64,000 nt of DNA, taken from the NCBI GenBank assembly GCA_900317085.1, contig ONFJ01000002.1, forward strand, positions 6,818-70,817, written 5' to 3'. The translations under genes were made by a program, and so were the position numbers. Position 1 is the first letter of the stretch; each line of letters begins with the position of its first letter. This DNA comes from an uncultured Eubacteriales bacterium. Lineage in GTDB: Bacteria; Bacillota; Clostridia; Oscillospirales; Acutalibacteraceae. The notes under the pieces were generated by a model, which was given only the letters and a program-made list of their open reading frames with translations, was not told the origin of the DNA and made no database searches. Positions 37,187 through 47,824 of this stretch are shown in pieces.

Positions 37187-38536
37187 ATGACACAACCGAA
37201 TATCGTGTTGCCGGGTCCCGTGCAGACGGCCCTCGACCTGCTGGAAACGGCCGGCTTTGAGGCCTTCGTCGTCGGCGGCTGCACCCGTGATGCTTTATTG
37301 GGCGATGCACCCCACGACTGGGACATCACCACCTCGGCACTGCCGGAGGAGACGCTCTCCGTGTTCTCCGACTACCGGACCATCGAGACCGGCCTGCAGC
37401 ACGGGACCGTCGCGGTCCTGCTCGATGACATGCTGCTCGAGATCACGACCTACCGGGTCGACGGCACCTATGAAGACTCCCGGCACCCGGACGCGGTCAC
37501 CTTCACGCGGAGCATCGACGAAGACCTCGCGAGACGGGACTTCACGATGAACGCCATCGCGTACAGTCCGACCCGCGGGTATGAAGACCTCTACGGCGGC
37601 GCCTCGGACATCGAGGCACACCTCATCCGCTGTGTGGGAGACCCGGAGACCCGCTTCACGGAAGACGCGCTCCGCATCCTCCGCGCCCTGCGCTTCTCCA
37701 GTGTCCTGGGCTTTTCCATCGAAGAACACACCGCGGCGGCCATCCACGCCCTCAAAGACCGCATCCTCTATGTGGCCTGGGAGCGGATCTCCGCCGAACT
37801 CTTACAACTGCTCTGCGGCAGGGACGTGTACCGCGTCCTGCAGGACTACCGCGATGTGTTCGCGGTCATCCTCCCGGAACTGGAGCCCTGTTTCGACTTC
37901 GAGCAGCACAACCCCTGGCACATCTACGATGTCTACACGCACATCGCGCACTCGGTGGCACACATCGCCCCGGAGCCTGCACTGCGGCTCGCGATGCTCC
38001 TCCACGACATCGGCAAACCGGAGACGTTCTTCGCGGACGAGAAGGGCATCGGCCACTTCTACGGACACCCGAAACGGAGCGCCCGGATGGCAAAGGACAT
38101 CGTCCATCGCCTCAAACTTTCCTCGGCCATGCAGGAGGAAGTGTGCACGCTCGTCGAGTTCCACGACTACCCCGTCGAGGCCACCGAAACGGTGCTCCTG
38201 CGGCGGCTCCACAAATTCGGCCCGGAGACCTTCCGGCACCTCCTGCTCGTGAAGCGGGCGGACTGCCTCGCGCAGAACCCGGACAAAACCGCGGAGGAAC
38301 TTGACAAACTGAGTACAATAGAACATATGCTGGACGTTCTTTTAAAAGAAGAGCCCGTGTTCCGCATCTCGGACCTCGCCGTCGGAGGGGGAGACCTCAT
38401 CGCCCTCGGCATGGAACCGGGACCGCAGATCGGAGCCCTCCTCGAAGACGTCCTCGACCGGGTCATGGCAGGAAAACTGCCCAACGACCGGGACGCCATC
38501 CTGGCGGAGATCACGAACAAAGGAATGACATCATGA
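37187..38536 (+). CDS. cca: CCA tRNA nucleotidyltransferase (class II, with HD domain)
   Basis: VVGGCTRDALLG..PHDWDITT, RDFTMNA, and an HD motif LLHDIGKP. Confidence 0.92.
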   Translation: MTQPNIVLPGPVQTALDLLETAGFEAFVVGGCTRDALLGDAPHDWDITTSALPEETLSVFSDYRTIETGLQHGTVAVLLDDMLLEITTYRVDGTYEDSRHPDAVTFTRSIDEDLARRDFTMNAIAYSPTRGYEDLYGGASDIEAHLIRCVGDPETRFTEDALRILRALRFSSVLGFSIEEHTAAAIHALKDRILYVAWERISAELLQLLCGRDVYRVLQDYRDVFAVILPELEPCFDFEQHNPWHIYDVYTHIAHSVAHIAPEPALRLAMLLHDIGKPETFFADEKGIGHFYGHPKRSARMAKDIVHRLKLSSAMQEEVCTLVEFHDYPVEATETVLLRRLHKFGPETFRHLLLVKRADCLAQNPDKTAEELDKLSTIEHMLDVLLKEEPVFRISDLAVGGGDLIALGMEPGPQIGALLEDVLDRVMAGKLPNDRDAILAEITNKGMTS

Positions 38537-38757
38537 CGCAGGACAAGATCGACCGCATCAACGAACTCGCCCGCAAGCAGAAGACCGAAGAAGGTCTCAC
38601 GGACGAGGAACGCCTCGAACAGCAGAGGCTGCGATCCGAATACATCAACTCGATCAAACGGAACCTGTCTCTCCAGCTGGAGAGCACGGTCATCGTGGAC
38701 GAGAAAGGCAACAAACGGAAAATGCAGAAGAAGGGGAGCAAACGTGTCAAACACTGA
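38533..38757 (+). CDS. DUF896 (UPF0291) family small protein
   Basis: 74 aa. IDRINELARKQKTEEGLTDEERLEQQRLR is typical of the family. Confidence 0.8.
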   Translation: MTQDKIDRINELARKQKTEEGLTDEERLEQQRLRSEYINSIKRNLSLQLESTVIVDEKGNKRKMQKKGSKRVKH

Positions 38758-39694
38758 GCGCACTCCGCTGGTGGCGGTCGTCGGCCCCACGGCATCGGGC
38801 AAAACGGCCCTGGCGGTGGAACTGGCGAAGGCTCTGAACGGAGAGGTCCTCTCCTTCGACTCCATGCAGCTCTACAAAGGCATGGACGTGGCCACCGCGA
38901 AACCGACGGCAGACGAGATGCAGGGCATCCCGCACCACCTCATCGATGTGGTGGACCCGTCGAAGACCTACAGCGTCGCCCGTTTCCAGGAAGACGCCGC
39001 CCGCATCATCGCGGACATCCGCTCCCGGGGGAAGAACGTCATCCTCGTCGGCGGCACCGGCCTCTACCTCGACTCCTTCATCGAGAACCTGCAGTTCCTC
39101 GACACGGGGGACGCCACCGAGGTCCGTGCCCGGCTGAAGACCGAACTCGAGTCGGAGGGCCCTGAGGCGATGCACGCCCGGCTCCTCACCATCGACCCCG
39201 AATATGCGGAAAAACTGCACCCGAACAATACGGGCAGAGTTCTCCGTGCTCTTGAAATTTACGAGCTGACGGGGTACACTATGACAAATCAAATCGCCCA
39301 GTCCCGCCGGGAACCCGGCCGCTACGACGTCTGTTACATCGGCCTCACGGCGGAGGATCGGGACTACCTCTATGAACGCATCAACCTCCGGGTCGACCGG
39401 ATGGTCGAAAACGGTCTTCTCGATGAGGCGAGACAGTGGCTGGAAGAACGACCCGGCGCCACCGCGGCCCAGGCCATCGGCATCAAGGAGATGCTGCCGT
39501 ACCTCGCAGGGGAAGACACTCTCGAAAACTGTACCGAGAAACTGAAGGCGGACACCCGCCATTACGCGAAACGCCAGCTCACCTGGTTCCGCCGGAACCC
39601 GGACGTGCACTGGCTCTTCATTGATCAAACACCGGACCTTGCGGCACTGACCGCGGAGGCCCTTGCCATCATCGACGAGGAGGGGATCTTTTGA
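38744..39694 (+). CDS. miaA: tRNA dimethylallyltransferase
   Basis: GTG start. P-loop VVGPTASGKTALAVELA, MDVATAKP, HHLID. Confidence 0.95.
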   Translation: MSNTERTPLVAVVGPTASGKTALAVELAKALNGEVLSFDSMQLYKGMDVATAKPTADEMQGIPHHLIDVVDPSKTYSVARFQEDAARIIADIRSRGKNVILVGGTGLYLDSFIENLQFLDTGDATEVRARLKTELESEGPEAMHARLLTIDPEYAEKLHPNNTGRVLRALEIYELTGYTMTNQIAQSRREPGRYDVCYIGLTAEDRDYLYERINLRVDRMVENGLLDEARQWLEERPGATAAQAIGIKEMLPYLAGEDTLENCTEKLKADTRHYAKRQLTWFRRNPDVHWLFIDQTPDLAALTAEALAIIDEEGIF

Positions 39695-40932
39695 ACGAAC
39701 GAACCAAACAGCAGCTCTGGCGGCTCCTTTTACTGGGCCTTTCCGTGCTGGTCCTCGTCTATTTCGTCTACCAGTTCTATCAGGCGGCCCACGAACCGGT
39801 CCGGACCGAAGTGGCCCGGCAGTCGACCGTAAAGGATACCGTCGACACCGACCTGTTCGTCGTCCGGGACGAGAGTTTCCTTGAGACGAGCTCGACCGGC
39901 ATCCTCATCCCGCTGGTCCCGTCCGGGTCCCGCGTGGCGGCCGGGGAAGGCGTCGTCGCCATCTTCGAGAACGAAGATGCCGCGTCCCGCTACGCCGAGC
40001 TGAACCGGGTCGAAGTGAACCTCGCCCGGTATGACCGCCTCAACCAGCAGAGAGGCAACTCTGCCGTCAACCTGACCGCTCTCGGAAAGCGGATCTCGCA
40101 GGACGTCATCGACCTGGCGGAACTCGTCGATAACAGAGACCTCACCGACATGCAGGAGCAGGTCTACGACGTGCGCGACCAGATCCTCGCGCGGCAGATC
40201 GCCACCGGAGAGACCGTCGCCCTCGACAACAAAGTGACCGAACTCACGAGCCGGCAGAAGGCCCTGTCCAACAAGTCCGCCGGTTACGACACGCTGGAGT
40301 CCAAAAACTCCGGGTTCTTCATCGACAGCGTCGATGGTTACGAGCTTGCAACAAAATACGACAAGGTCTCCAAACTGACCCCGGAGGAGATCGAAAAGCT
40401 CCTGAAGTCCGACCCCGCCGACGTCTCCGACAAGGTCATCGGCAAGGTCTCCACCAACTTCGACTGGTACCTGCTCTGCTCCCTCGACACCGACAAGGCG
40501 AAGAGCCTGAAGAAGGGCGACACCGTGACCATCGACCTGCCGTATTCGGCGGTCCGCTCTGTCACGGCGACCGTGTCCTCGAAGAGCAAGGCAGATAAGA
40601 AAGACCGTGTGGCCGTCGTGTTCAAGTGTAACCGCATGAATGCGTACATCGCCTCACTGCGCAAGGAGGAGGGACAGATCATCCTCCACACCTACACCGG
40701 ACTGAAAATCCCGACCGATGCCATTCGCACGGCAGCCGGCGGCAAGGAAGGCGTCTATGTCCTCGAGGGCAACATCGCCAAGTTCAAGCAGCTGAGAACG
40801 GTCTATACCGAAGACGATTACATCATTTCCAGTGAGACCCCGCAGGAAGGGGAAACGGGTGAGTTCGTGTCGCTGTACGACGCGGTCATCCTGGGAGGCA
40901 AAGACTTATATGACGGAAAGATCCTTGACTGA
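39691..40932 (+). CDS. HlyD-family/membrane-fusion-like protein with N-terminal TM anchor (division-cluster associated)
   Basis: TTG start overlapping the miaA stop. One TM segment, a coiled segment and a beta-barrel-like C-terminus. Family call is from memory of similar Clostridia annotations. Confidence 0.55.
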   Translation: MNERTKQQLWRLLLLGLSVLVLVYFVYQFYQAAHEPVRTEVARQSTVKDTVDTDLFVVRDESFLETSSTGILIPLVPSGSRVAAGEGVVAIFENEDAASRYAELNRVEVNLARYDRLNQQRGNSAVNLTALGKRISQDVIDLAELVDNRDLTDMQEQVYDVRDQILARQIATGETVALDNKVTELTSRQKALSNKSAGYDTLESKNSGFFIDSVDGYELATKYDKVSKLTPEEIEKLLKSDPADVSDKVIGKVSTNFDWYLLCSLDTDKAKSLKKGDTVTIDLPYSAVRSVTATVSSKSKADKKDRVAVVFKCNRMNAYIASLRKEEGQIILHTYTGLKIPTDAIRTAAGGKEGVYVLEGNIAKFKQLRTVYTEDDYIISSETPQEGETGEFVSLYDAVILGGKDLYDGKILD

Positions 40933-41644
40933 GTACCGGGAAGCCCGGTGCCACGACATCGAAGAGAACATCAAAGAGATCCGCGACAACATCGCGGAGG
41001 CGGCCATCAAGAGCGGCCGGAACCCTGAAGACGTGCACCTGATGGCGGTCACCAAAACAGTGGAACCGTACTTCATCAACCACGCGCTCCACTGCGGCAT
41101 CGACCTCATCGGTGAGAACCGGGTCCAGGAGTTCCTCGGCAAGAAACCGGAGCTCGACCTCGACGGCGTCGACTGCCACCTCATCGGCCATCTGCAGACC
41201 AACAAGGTCCGGCAGATCGTCGGCGAAGTCTCCACCATCCAGTCCGTGGACAGCCTCAAAGTGGCGAAGGAGATCTCCAAACAGTCCGTGAAAAACGACC
41301 TCGTGACGAAGATCCTCCTCGAAGTCAATGTCGGGGAAGAGGAGTCCAAAAGCGGCATGCCCTACGAGGCGGTGGCGGACCTCCTGCCGGAGATCGCAGC
41401 CCTTCCTGGCCTGTCCGTAGAGGGCTTCATGGCCATCCCGCCCATCTGTGAAGACGATGTTATCCTTCGAGGCTATTTTTCGAAAATGAATCAACTCTAT
41501 GTTGACATGAAGGATAAAAATATAGATAATATTAATATCAATACCCTCTCAATGGGCATGTCTGCCGATTACGTGCAGGCAATACTTGAGGGTTCTACCT
41601 TGGTAAGAGTCGGCTCCAGCCTGTTCGGAGCCAGAGTTTACTGA
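40910..41644 (+). CDS. yggS: YggS/YlmE-family pyridoxal-phosphate-dependent protein
   Basis: ATG at 40910. LMAVTKT (PLP Lys), IGENRVQE, HLIGHLQTNKV. Confidence 0.92.
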   Translation: MTERSLTEYREARCHDIEENIKEIRDNIAEAAIKSGRNPEDVHLMAVTKTVEPYFINHALHCGIDLIGENRVQEFLGKKPELDLDGVDCHLIGHLQTNKVRQIVGEVSTIQSVDSLKVAKEISKQSVKNDLVTKILLEVNVGEEESKSGMPYEAVADLLPEIAALPGLSVEGFMAIPPICEDDVILRGYFSKMNQLYVDMKDKNIDNININTLSMGMSADYVQAILEGSTLVRVGSSLFGARVY

Positions 41645-41664
41645 TATCCGGAGGAAGATTTGAA

Positions 41665-42153
41665 ATGGCTAATTTTTTAGATAACATCAAACGCATCACC
41701 GGTTTTGAACCGGAGGACGATGATTTCGAATACGACATCGACCTGGACGAAGAGTTCGAGGAAGAGGAAGAAGAGGAGTATACTCCCGTCAGACAGCAGC
41801 CCGCTGCTCCCGCCGCCGCTCCTTCGTCCCAGGCCAAGAGAGGAAATGTGGTCAACATGCCTTCGAAAACCACGATGCAGGTCGTTCTTGCAAAGCCCGA
41901 GCGCTTTGAAGATGCCAGCGCCATCGCCGACCATCTCAACGAGAAGAGAACGGTCGTCCTGAACCTCGAAGCCGCCAACAGAGACGTTGCCCGCAGACTC
42001 ATCGACTTCCTGTCCGGTGTCGCTTATGCCAACGCCGGCATGCTCAAGAGAGTTGCCAACAGCACGTTCATCATCACTCCCTACAACGTCAATGTGACGG
42101 GAGACCTGCTCGATGAACTTGAGAGCAACGGCATGTTCTTCTCGGGCCAGTAA
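41665..42153 (+). CDS. sepF: Cell division protein SepF
   Basis: Acidic linker followed by the conserved C-terminal domain (VVLAKPERFEDA..IADHL...VVLNLE...RLIDFLSG). Confidence 0.92.
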   Translation: MANFLDNIKRITGFEPEDDDFEYDIDLDEEFEEEEEEEYTPVRQQPAAPAAAPSSQAKRGNVVNMPSKTTMQVVLAKPERFEDASAIADHLNEKRTVVLNLEAANRDVARRLIDFLSGVAYANAGMLKRVANSTFIITPYNVNVTGDLLDELESNGMFFSGQ

Positions 42154-42219
42154 TCAATCAGATCGATTCTACAGCATGGGCACACCATCTTCGGGGTGCC
42201 CATCTTTTACGAAAGGTGA

Positions 42220-43200
42220 ATGAAAATGCTTACACCCAAGGATCTTCGGAACCATCAATTCCAGATGTCCGGCCGCAACGGTTACCTTGCCGCCGATGTC
42301 GACGATTACATGGATGAAGTCTACAATTCCTACGATCAGATGTTCCGCGAGAACGCGGAGATCGTCCGTAAACTCCAGGTCCTGGCTGACCGTCTCGCCA
42401 AGTATAAGGACGATGAGGAGAACATCCGGAACGCGCTCGTCGAAGCACAGCGCATGAAGAACTCCATCATCGTGGAGGCACAGCAGAAGGCCCAGGGCCA
42501 GCTGTCCGAGACGGAGGAGAAGATCCGCGCCGCCAGAGAGTCCGTCGACGCCCAGTCCGGTGAGATCCTCGACAAGGCTCGTGTCGAGGCCGACGAGATC
42601 CTGAAAGATGCCCGCGCCGAAGCTGCGGAGATCATCGAGCGCGCCAACAAGAAAGCAACGGACCTTCTTGCCACCGCCGACGCCATCTATGAAGAGAAAG
42701 TCGGCTCCGTCGCGGAAGAAGCGGCGAAGCAGGAAGCGTACCTCGAAAAGGTCAAGGTCGAATCCGCCAAGATCCGCAAGCAGCTCTCCGACACCTATCA
42801 GATGCAGATGGAACTCCTTTCATTCGCACCGGACTTCACCTCCGAAGTCGAGCATGTCGAACTGCCGGAAGAGGCGGAAGAGGCTCCGGTCGAGGAGACC
42901 TTCGTCACCGGCGAAGAAGTCCTCGGCGAACGCAACTACCAGGAGACGCAGGAGCGCCTTGAGGCAGAAGCCAAGGCTCCGGTCGAAGAGGCCCCGGTCA
43001 TCTTCGCGGCTCCGGAAGAAGAAGCGGAACCGGAAGTCATCGAAGAGCCGGAAGAAGAACCGGCTGCCGAACCGGTCGCAGAGCCGGCCCCCGCACCGGT
43101 CGTCGAAGAAGACGACGATGACGGCTTCGGAGACATCGACAAATACCTCGCCGGCAACAGCTATGAGGACCTCAATGACGGAAACAAGTACTTCAAGTAA
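42220..43200 (+). CDS. divIVA: DivIVA-domain protein with acidic P/E-rich tail
   Basis: LTPKDLRNHQFQMSGRNGYLAADVDDYMD is the DivIVA N-terminal motif, followed by coiled coil. An alternative ATG lies at 42226. Confidence 0.9.
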   Translation: MKMLTPKDLRNHQFQMSGRNGYLAADVDDYMDEVYNSYDQMFRENAEIVRKLQVLADRLAKYKDDEENIRNALVEAQRMKNSIIVEAQQKAQGQLSETEEKIRAARESVDAQSGEILDKARVEADEILKDARAEAAEIIERANKKATDLLATADAIYEEKVGSVAEEAAKQEAYLEKVKVESAKIRKQLSDTYQMQMELLSFAPDFTSEVEHVELPEEAEEAPVEETFVTGEEVLGERNYQETQERLEAEAKAPVEEAPVIFAAPEEEAEPEVIEEPEEEPAAEPVAEPAPAPVVEEDDDDGFGDIDKYLAGNSYEDLNDGNKYFK

Positions 43201-43684
43201 GCGAAGCCTTCCGACATTCATCGGTTGTTTTCTCGTTATGGTGGTGCTGGTCGTCATCGACCAGTGGACCAAAGTCCTGGTCCTGCGGGACCTCGCCGGA
43301 GGGAAGGTGATCACACCGCTGCCCGGCATCCTGCAGTTCCGGTACGTGGAGAACACCGGCGCCGCGTTCAGCGTGCTGTCCGGCCGGACCCTGTTCCTGT
43401 CGGTCATTACCGCGCTGGTGCTGTGCATCGCCATCGTGCTGCTCGCCCTCGGGAAGATCCCGGGAACGCTCAACCAGATCGCTGTCTGGCTGATGGTCAC
43501 CGGTGGAGCAGGGAACCTCATCGACCGGGTCTTCCGCCACTATGTGGTCGATTTCATCGAAGTATTATTTACAGAATTTGCAGTCTTTAACTTTGCGGAC
43601 TGTTGTGTTACTATAGGTGCTGTCATTCTGATCCTTTCGACGATCATCTCGTTCGTGAAGGACATGAGGAGCAGCGAAGACTAG
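43175..43684 (+). CDS. lspA: Lipoprotein signal peptidase (signal peptidase II)
   Basis: VIDQWTK, FRYVENTGAAFS, GAGNLIDR and FNFAD motifs. The start is uncertain; 43175 overlaps the divIVA 3' end. Confidence 0.88.
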   Translation: MTETSTSSKRSLPTFIGCFLVMVVLVVIDQWTKVLVLRDLAGGKVITPLPGILQFRYVENTGAAFSVLSGRTLFLSVITALVLCIAIVLLALGKIPGTLNQIAVWLMVTGGAGNLIDRVFRHYVVDFIEVLFTEFAVFNFADCCVTIGAVILILSTIISFVKDMRSSED

Positions 43685-43697
43685 GAGCTTTTTTGGT

Positions 43698-44630
43698 ATG
43701 CCGGAACAGAACGTACGCATCGTCGTCTCTCCTGAGCAGGAGGGGCAGCGCATCGACGTCCTGGTGTCGGAGTCCGTTTCCGACCTGACCCGAAGCGGCG
43801 CCCAGAAACTTCTGGCCTATGGAAACATCACAGTCAATGAAAAAACAGCCGGAAAGTCCTTCAAGGTGAAGTCCGGCGATATCGTTGCAATCAATATTCC
43901 TGCACCTCTTTCTATTCAGGCAGAGGCGCAGGATATTCCTTTATCTGTGGTCTATGAGGACGATGACCTGCTGGTCGTGGACAAGCCGAAGGGCATGGTC
44001 GTCCACCCGGCGCCGGGCAACCCCGACGGGACCCTCGTCAACGCTCTTCTGTACCACTGCGGAGACAGCCTGTCCGGCATCAACGGAGAAGTCCGTCCGG
44101 GCATCGTCCACCGCATCGACAAAGACACCAGCGGGCTGCTGGTCGTGGCGAAGAACGACTTTGCCCATGTGGAACTGCAAAAGCAGATCCAGGCCCACAG
44201 CTTCACCCGGGAATACCGGGCGGTGGTACACGGGAACTTCAAAGAGGATTCCGGGACCATCGACGCGCCCATCGGACGCAACCCGAAGGACCGCAAGAAA
44301 ATGGCGGTCACCACCCAGCACTCGAGAGAGGCGGTCACGCACTTCGAAGTTCTCGAGCGGTTCCGGGACTACACGTACATCAAGTGTATCCTGGAGACGG
44401 GGCGGACCCATCAGATCCGCGTCCATATGGCCTACAAAGGCCACCCCGTGGCGGGCGACCCTGTGTACGGTCCGTCCAACACCCCGAAGAGCCTGCAGGG
44501 CCAGTGCCTGCACGCAGGTCTCATCGGATTCATCCATCCGCGCACCGGCGAGTACATGGAATTCACGTCGGAGCTGCCGGAAGTCTTTCAAAAATTTTTG
44601 TGTGGGCTCGAAAGTACCCGCAGAGAATAA
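43698..44630 (+). CDS. rluD: RluA-family 23S rRNA pseudouridine synthase (RluD-like)
   Basis: S4 domain and HRIDKDTSGLLVVAKN; HQIRVH. Confidence 0.93.
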   Translation: MPEQNVRIVVSPEQEGQRIDVLVSESVSDLTRSGAQKLLAYGNITVNEKTAGKSFKVKSGDIVAINIPAPLSIQAEAQDIPLSVVYEDDDLLVVDKPKGMVVHPAPGNPDGTLVNALLYHCGDSLSGINGEVRPGIVHRIDKDTSGLLVVAKNDFAHVELQKQIQAHSFTREYRAVVHGNFKEDSGTIDAPIGRNPKDRKKMAVTTQHSREAVTHFEVLERFRDYTYIKCILETGRTHQIRVHMAYKGHPVAGDPVYGPSNTPKSLQGQCLHAGLIGFIHPRTGEYMEFTSELPEVFQKFLCGLESTRRE

Positions 44631-44648
44631 ATTCTGGAGGAAAACACC

Positions 44649-45506
44649 GTGGACAAGAAATTGAAACGCGAATTAGAAATGCAGGCGATCCGCATTCGCA
44701 TGGATGTCATCAAAGGCACGTTCAATGCGAAGTCCGGCCATCCGGGCGGCTCTCTGTCCATCTCGGACATCATGGCGTACCTGTATTTCCACAAAATGAA
44801 TGTGGACCCGCAGAACCCCGACTGGGAAGACCGGGACCGCTTCGTCCTGTCGAAGGGCCACACCGCACCGGCTCTTTACGGCGCACTGGCACTGAAAGGA
44901 TTCTTTCCGGAGTCTGAGATCGAACGTCTTCGGAAACCGACCTCCTATCTGCAGGGCCATCCGAGCCTTCGGCTGACCCCCGGCGTCGACATGAGCACCG
45001 GTTCTCTGGGTCAGGGCATCTCCGCAGCGGTCGGTATGGCGCTCGCTGCCAAACTCAAGAACAAGGACTATCAGGTCTACACCATCCTCGGCGACGGTGA
45101 GATCCAGGAAGGTCAGGTCTGGGAAGCTGCCATGTTCGCGGCTGCCAAGAAGCTTGACAACCTGGTCGCTGTGGTCGACAACAACAACCTCCAGATCGAC
45201 GGTACCATCGAAGAGGTCAACTCTCCGTACCCCATCGACAAGAAGTTCGAAGCCTTCGGCTGGAACGTCATCAACTGCGACGGCCACGACTTCGACGAGA
45301 TCGACGCGGCGTTCACGTTCGCGGACAAGAAGAATGGCAAACCCTCCGTCATCATCGCAAAGACCGTCAAGGGCAAAGGCGTTTCCTACATGGAATACGC
45401 TGTGGAATGGCACGGCAAGGCTCCCCAGCAGGAGGAGTATGATGAGGCGATGAACGAACTTCAGGATCGGCTCACCGAGCTCGAGACCCTGGCGGCACAG
45501 GAATAA
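44649..45506 (+). CDS. Transketolase, N-terminal (TPP-binding) subunit
   Basis: GTG start. SGHPGGSLS, GSLGQGIS, GDGEIQEGQVWEA. Confidence 0.93.
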   Translation: MDKKLKRELEMQAIRIRMDVIKGTFNAKSGHPGGSLSISDIMAYLYFHKMNVDPQNPDWEDRDRFVLSKGHTAPALYGALALKGFFPESEIERLRKPTSYLQGHPSLRLTPGVDMSTGSLGQGISAAVGMALAAKLKNKDYQVYTILGDGEIQEGQVWEAAMFAAAKKLDNLVAVVDNNNLQIDGTIEEVNSPYPIDKKFEAFGWNVINCDGHDFDEIDAAFTFADKKNGKPSVIIAKTVKGKGVSYMEYAVEWHGKAPQQEEYDEAMNELQDRLTELETLAAQE

Positions 45507-45519
45507 GGAGGGAAGAACC

Positions 45520-46464
45520 ATGGCAGATATCATCACCAAAGCAACCCGCATCGGTTACGCAGAAGGCCTTCTGTACCTCGGTGAGACCGATGAGAAAGTC
45601 GTGGTCCTTGACGCCGACCTCGCCGGCGCCACCCAGACCGCCAAGTTCAAGCAGAAACACCCCGACCGCTTCTTCGACTGCGGTATCGCCGAGCAGAACA
45701 TGATCGGCATCGCGTCCGGCCTGAGCCTTTCCGGCTTCACCGTCTTCGCGAGCTCCTTTGCCATGTTCGCGTCGGGTCGTGCCTTCGAGCAGATCCGCAA
45801 CTCGGTCGGCTATCCGCACCTGAACGTCAAGATCGGCGCCACCCATGCCGGTATCTCCGTCGGTGAAGACGGCGCATCCCACCAGTGCAACGAGGACATC
45901 GCCCTCATGCGCTCCATCCCCGGCATGACCATCATCAACCCGGCCGATGCCGTCGAAGCCAAGGCTGCGACCATCGCCGCCGCGAAGTATGACGGTCCGG
46001 TCTACATGCGATTCGGGCGCCTCGCCGTCCCGGTCATCTTCGACCGCGACTACAAGTTCGAGTGGGGCAAGGCCCAGGTCCTGACCGAAGGCAACGACGT
46101 TGCCATCATGGCCACCGGCCTCATGGTCAACGAAGCGCTGATGGCTGCGGAACAACTGAAGAATGACGGCATTTCCGCCCGCGTCATCAACATCCACACC
46201 ATAAAACCCCTCGATGAGGAGTGCGTCATCAACGCGGCCCGTGATTGCGGCTGTGTCGTGACGGCAGAAGAGCACAATGTCATCGGCGGCCTCGGCGGCG
46301 CGGTCTGTGAGACCCTCTCTGAAAACTGCCCGACCCCGGTCGTGCGCGTCGGTGTCGACGACGAATTCGGCCGCTCCGGTCCCGCCGTCGAACTGCTCCA
46401 CCTCTACGGCCTCGACGCTGCCCATATCGTCGAAGCTTCGAAAAAAGCGATCACGCTGAAATAA
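45520..46464 (+). CDS. Transketolase, C-terminal (pyrimidine-binding) subunit
   Basis: FFDCGIAEQNMIGIASGL, GASHQCNEDIALMR. Confidence 0.93.
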   Translation: MADIITKATRIGYAEGLLYLGETDEKVVVLDADLAGATQTAKFKQKHPDRFFDCGIAEQNMIGIASGLSLSGFTVFASSFAMFASGRAFEQIRNSVGYPHLNVKIGATHAGISVGEDGASHQCNEDIALMRSIPGMTIINPADAVEAKAATIAAAKYDGPVYMRFGRLAVPVIFDRDYKFEWGKAQVLTEGNDVAIMATGLMVNEALMAAEQLKNDGISARVINIHTIKPLDEECVINAARDCGCVVTAEEHNVIGGLGGAVCETLSENCPTPVVRVGVDDEFGRSGPAVELLHLYGLDAAHIVEASKKAITLK

Positions 46465-46479
46465 CGAGTATCCAGTCAC

Positions 46480-46511
46480 GCCCCCTGCGGATTCCGCGGG
46501 GGGCATTTGTT
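46480..46511 (+). terminator. Intrinsic terminator after the transketolase genes
   Basis: Stem GCCCCCTGCGG / CCGCGGGGGGC (one G-U pair) followed by ATTTGTT. Confidence 0.7.
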
Positions 46512-46628
46512 AAAAAAAAAGAGACAAAGGAATGCTATATGTTCATAAAGAGTTGTTTTTTTGTCCGAACAAACCCTCTTATAATGATATTAGGATTGTG
46601 ACATAAGTTACACAAGGGGAGGGTTTAT

Positions 46629-47822
46629 ATGCATGACTTGAAGCATACGTTATTTTTTGAGACATTGCTGGAGGAACCGTTCAACGATCTGGTCAAGCAG
46701 GCAGTGGAGGATGGAGATGTGGCACTGGGTTACAACTGCTACTACATCCCGGAGACCCTGCTGAACCTGCCGGGCTGTTTCTCCTCCCGGCTCAGAGCGC
46801 CGAACTGCGCGGCAACGCCCATCGGCGACTACTACCTGACCAACCGGAACTGTCCGTACTCCCGTGCCATCCTCGAACGCGCGGTGGAGGGGAGCTACAA
46901 CTATCTGTCCGCGCTCTTCGGCGCGGAGGCCTGTTCCGCGATGGAACGGATGGAGGAGCACTTCGAGCAGATCCATCCGGTCAAGCACGACCCCTTCGTG
47001 ACGACCATCATCGACGCACCGCTGAAGAGCGACCGTGCCGCCCTCGTCTATTACATGAACGAGCTGCGGGACAAAGTGGTCGCGAAGATTGCCGAACTGG
47101 GCGTCGACACGTCAGACGACGCTCTGATGGCCGCCATCGAAGACCACAATGAAGTCAGCGCGATCATCACGGAGATCGGCGACTTCCGGAAACTGGACAA
47201 CCCGACCGTGACGGGCTATGAGTTCCATGTCATCCAGCTCGTCAGTGAGGTCTGCCCGCACAAACTGATCCTGCCGTACCTGAAGGAGACGCTCGAGGAG
47301 ATCCGCGAGCGGACTCCGGACGCGAAACCGGATTTCCGTGCCCGCGTCATCGTGGCCGGCTCGGAGATCGACGACCCGGAATTCACGAAGCTTCTGGAGT
47401 TCTGCGGCGCCCGCGTCGTGGGAGACCGCTACTGCTTCGGTGCGAAACCGGGCAGAGAGCCGATCGAAATCAGAGATGGTGAATCGCCATTCGAAGCCAT
47501 CTGTCGCCACTACCTCGAGACCAACCTCTGTGCGCGATTCATGTCGGAAGACAAGATCGACCAGCGGACCGATGTGCTCGAGGCCATGGTGAAGGAGTAC
47601 AAGGCCGACGGCGTCATCATCGAGAGCATGAAGTTCTGCGAGTTCTGGAGCTATGAGAAGGTCCTGGCGTCCCACATCCTCACCCAGGAGCGGGGCATCC
47701 CGACCTGCCAGATCGAGAAGGACTACACGCTGACCGGCGCCGGACAGCTGCGGACCCGGTTCCAGGCATTCGTGGAAGGCCTGGAGATCAAGAAACTCGA
47801 CACAGCCGGAAAGGGGGCGTAA
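46629..47822 (+). CDS. 2-hydroxyacyl-CoA dehydratase family protein (HGD-D / BcrBC-like subunit)
   Basis: 397 aa. Family-typical layout: C.YIPE near the N-terminus and DGVIIESMKFCEFWSYE...GIPTCQIEKDY near the C-terminus. Confidence 0.75.
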   Translation: MHDLKHTLFFETLLEEPFNDLVKQAVEDGDVALGYNCYYIPETLLNLPGCFSSRLRAPNCAATPIGDYYLTNRNCPYSRAILERAVEGSYNYLSALFGAEACSAMERMEEHFEQIHPVKHDPFVTTIIDAPLKSDRAALVYYMNELRDKVVAKIAELGVDTSDDALMAAIEDHNEVSAIITEIGDFRKLDNPTVTGYEFHVIQLVSEVCPHKLILPYLKETLEEIRERTPDAKPDFRARVIVAGSEIDDPEFTKLLEFCGARVVGDRYCFGAKPGREPIEIRDGESPFEAICRHYLETNLCARFMSEDKIDQRTDVLEAMVKEYKADGVIIESMKFCEFWSYEKVLASHILTQERGIPTCQIEKDYTLTGAGQLRTRFQAFVEGLEIKKLDTAGKGA

Positions 47823-47824
47823 CG

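Noticed and set aside
46597-46612. CRP/FNR-like site TGTGA-CATAAG-TTACA upstream of the dehydratase genes.
   Set aside because: It has one mismatch to TGTGA-N6-TCACA and lies between the putative -10 and the RBS, which is an unusual position. It is a single occurrence with no supporting context, so it is too weak to call.
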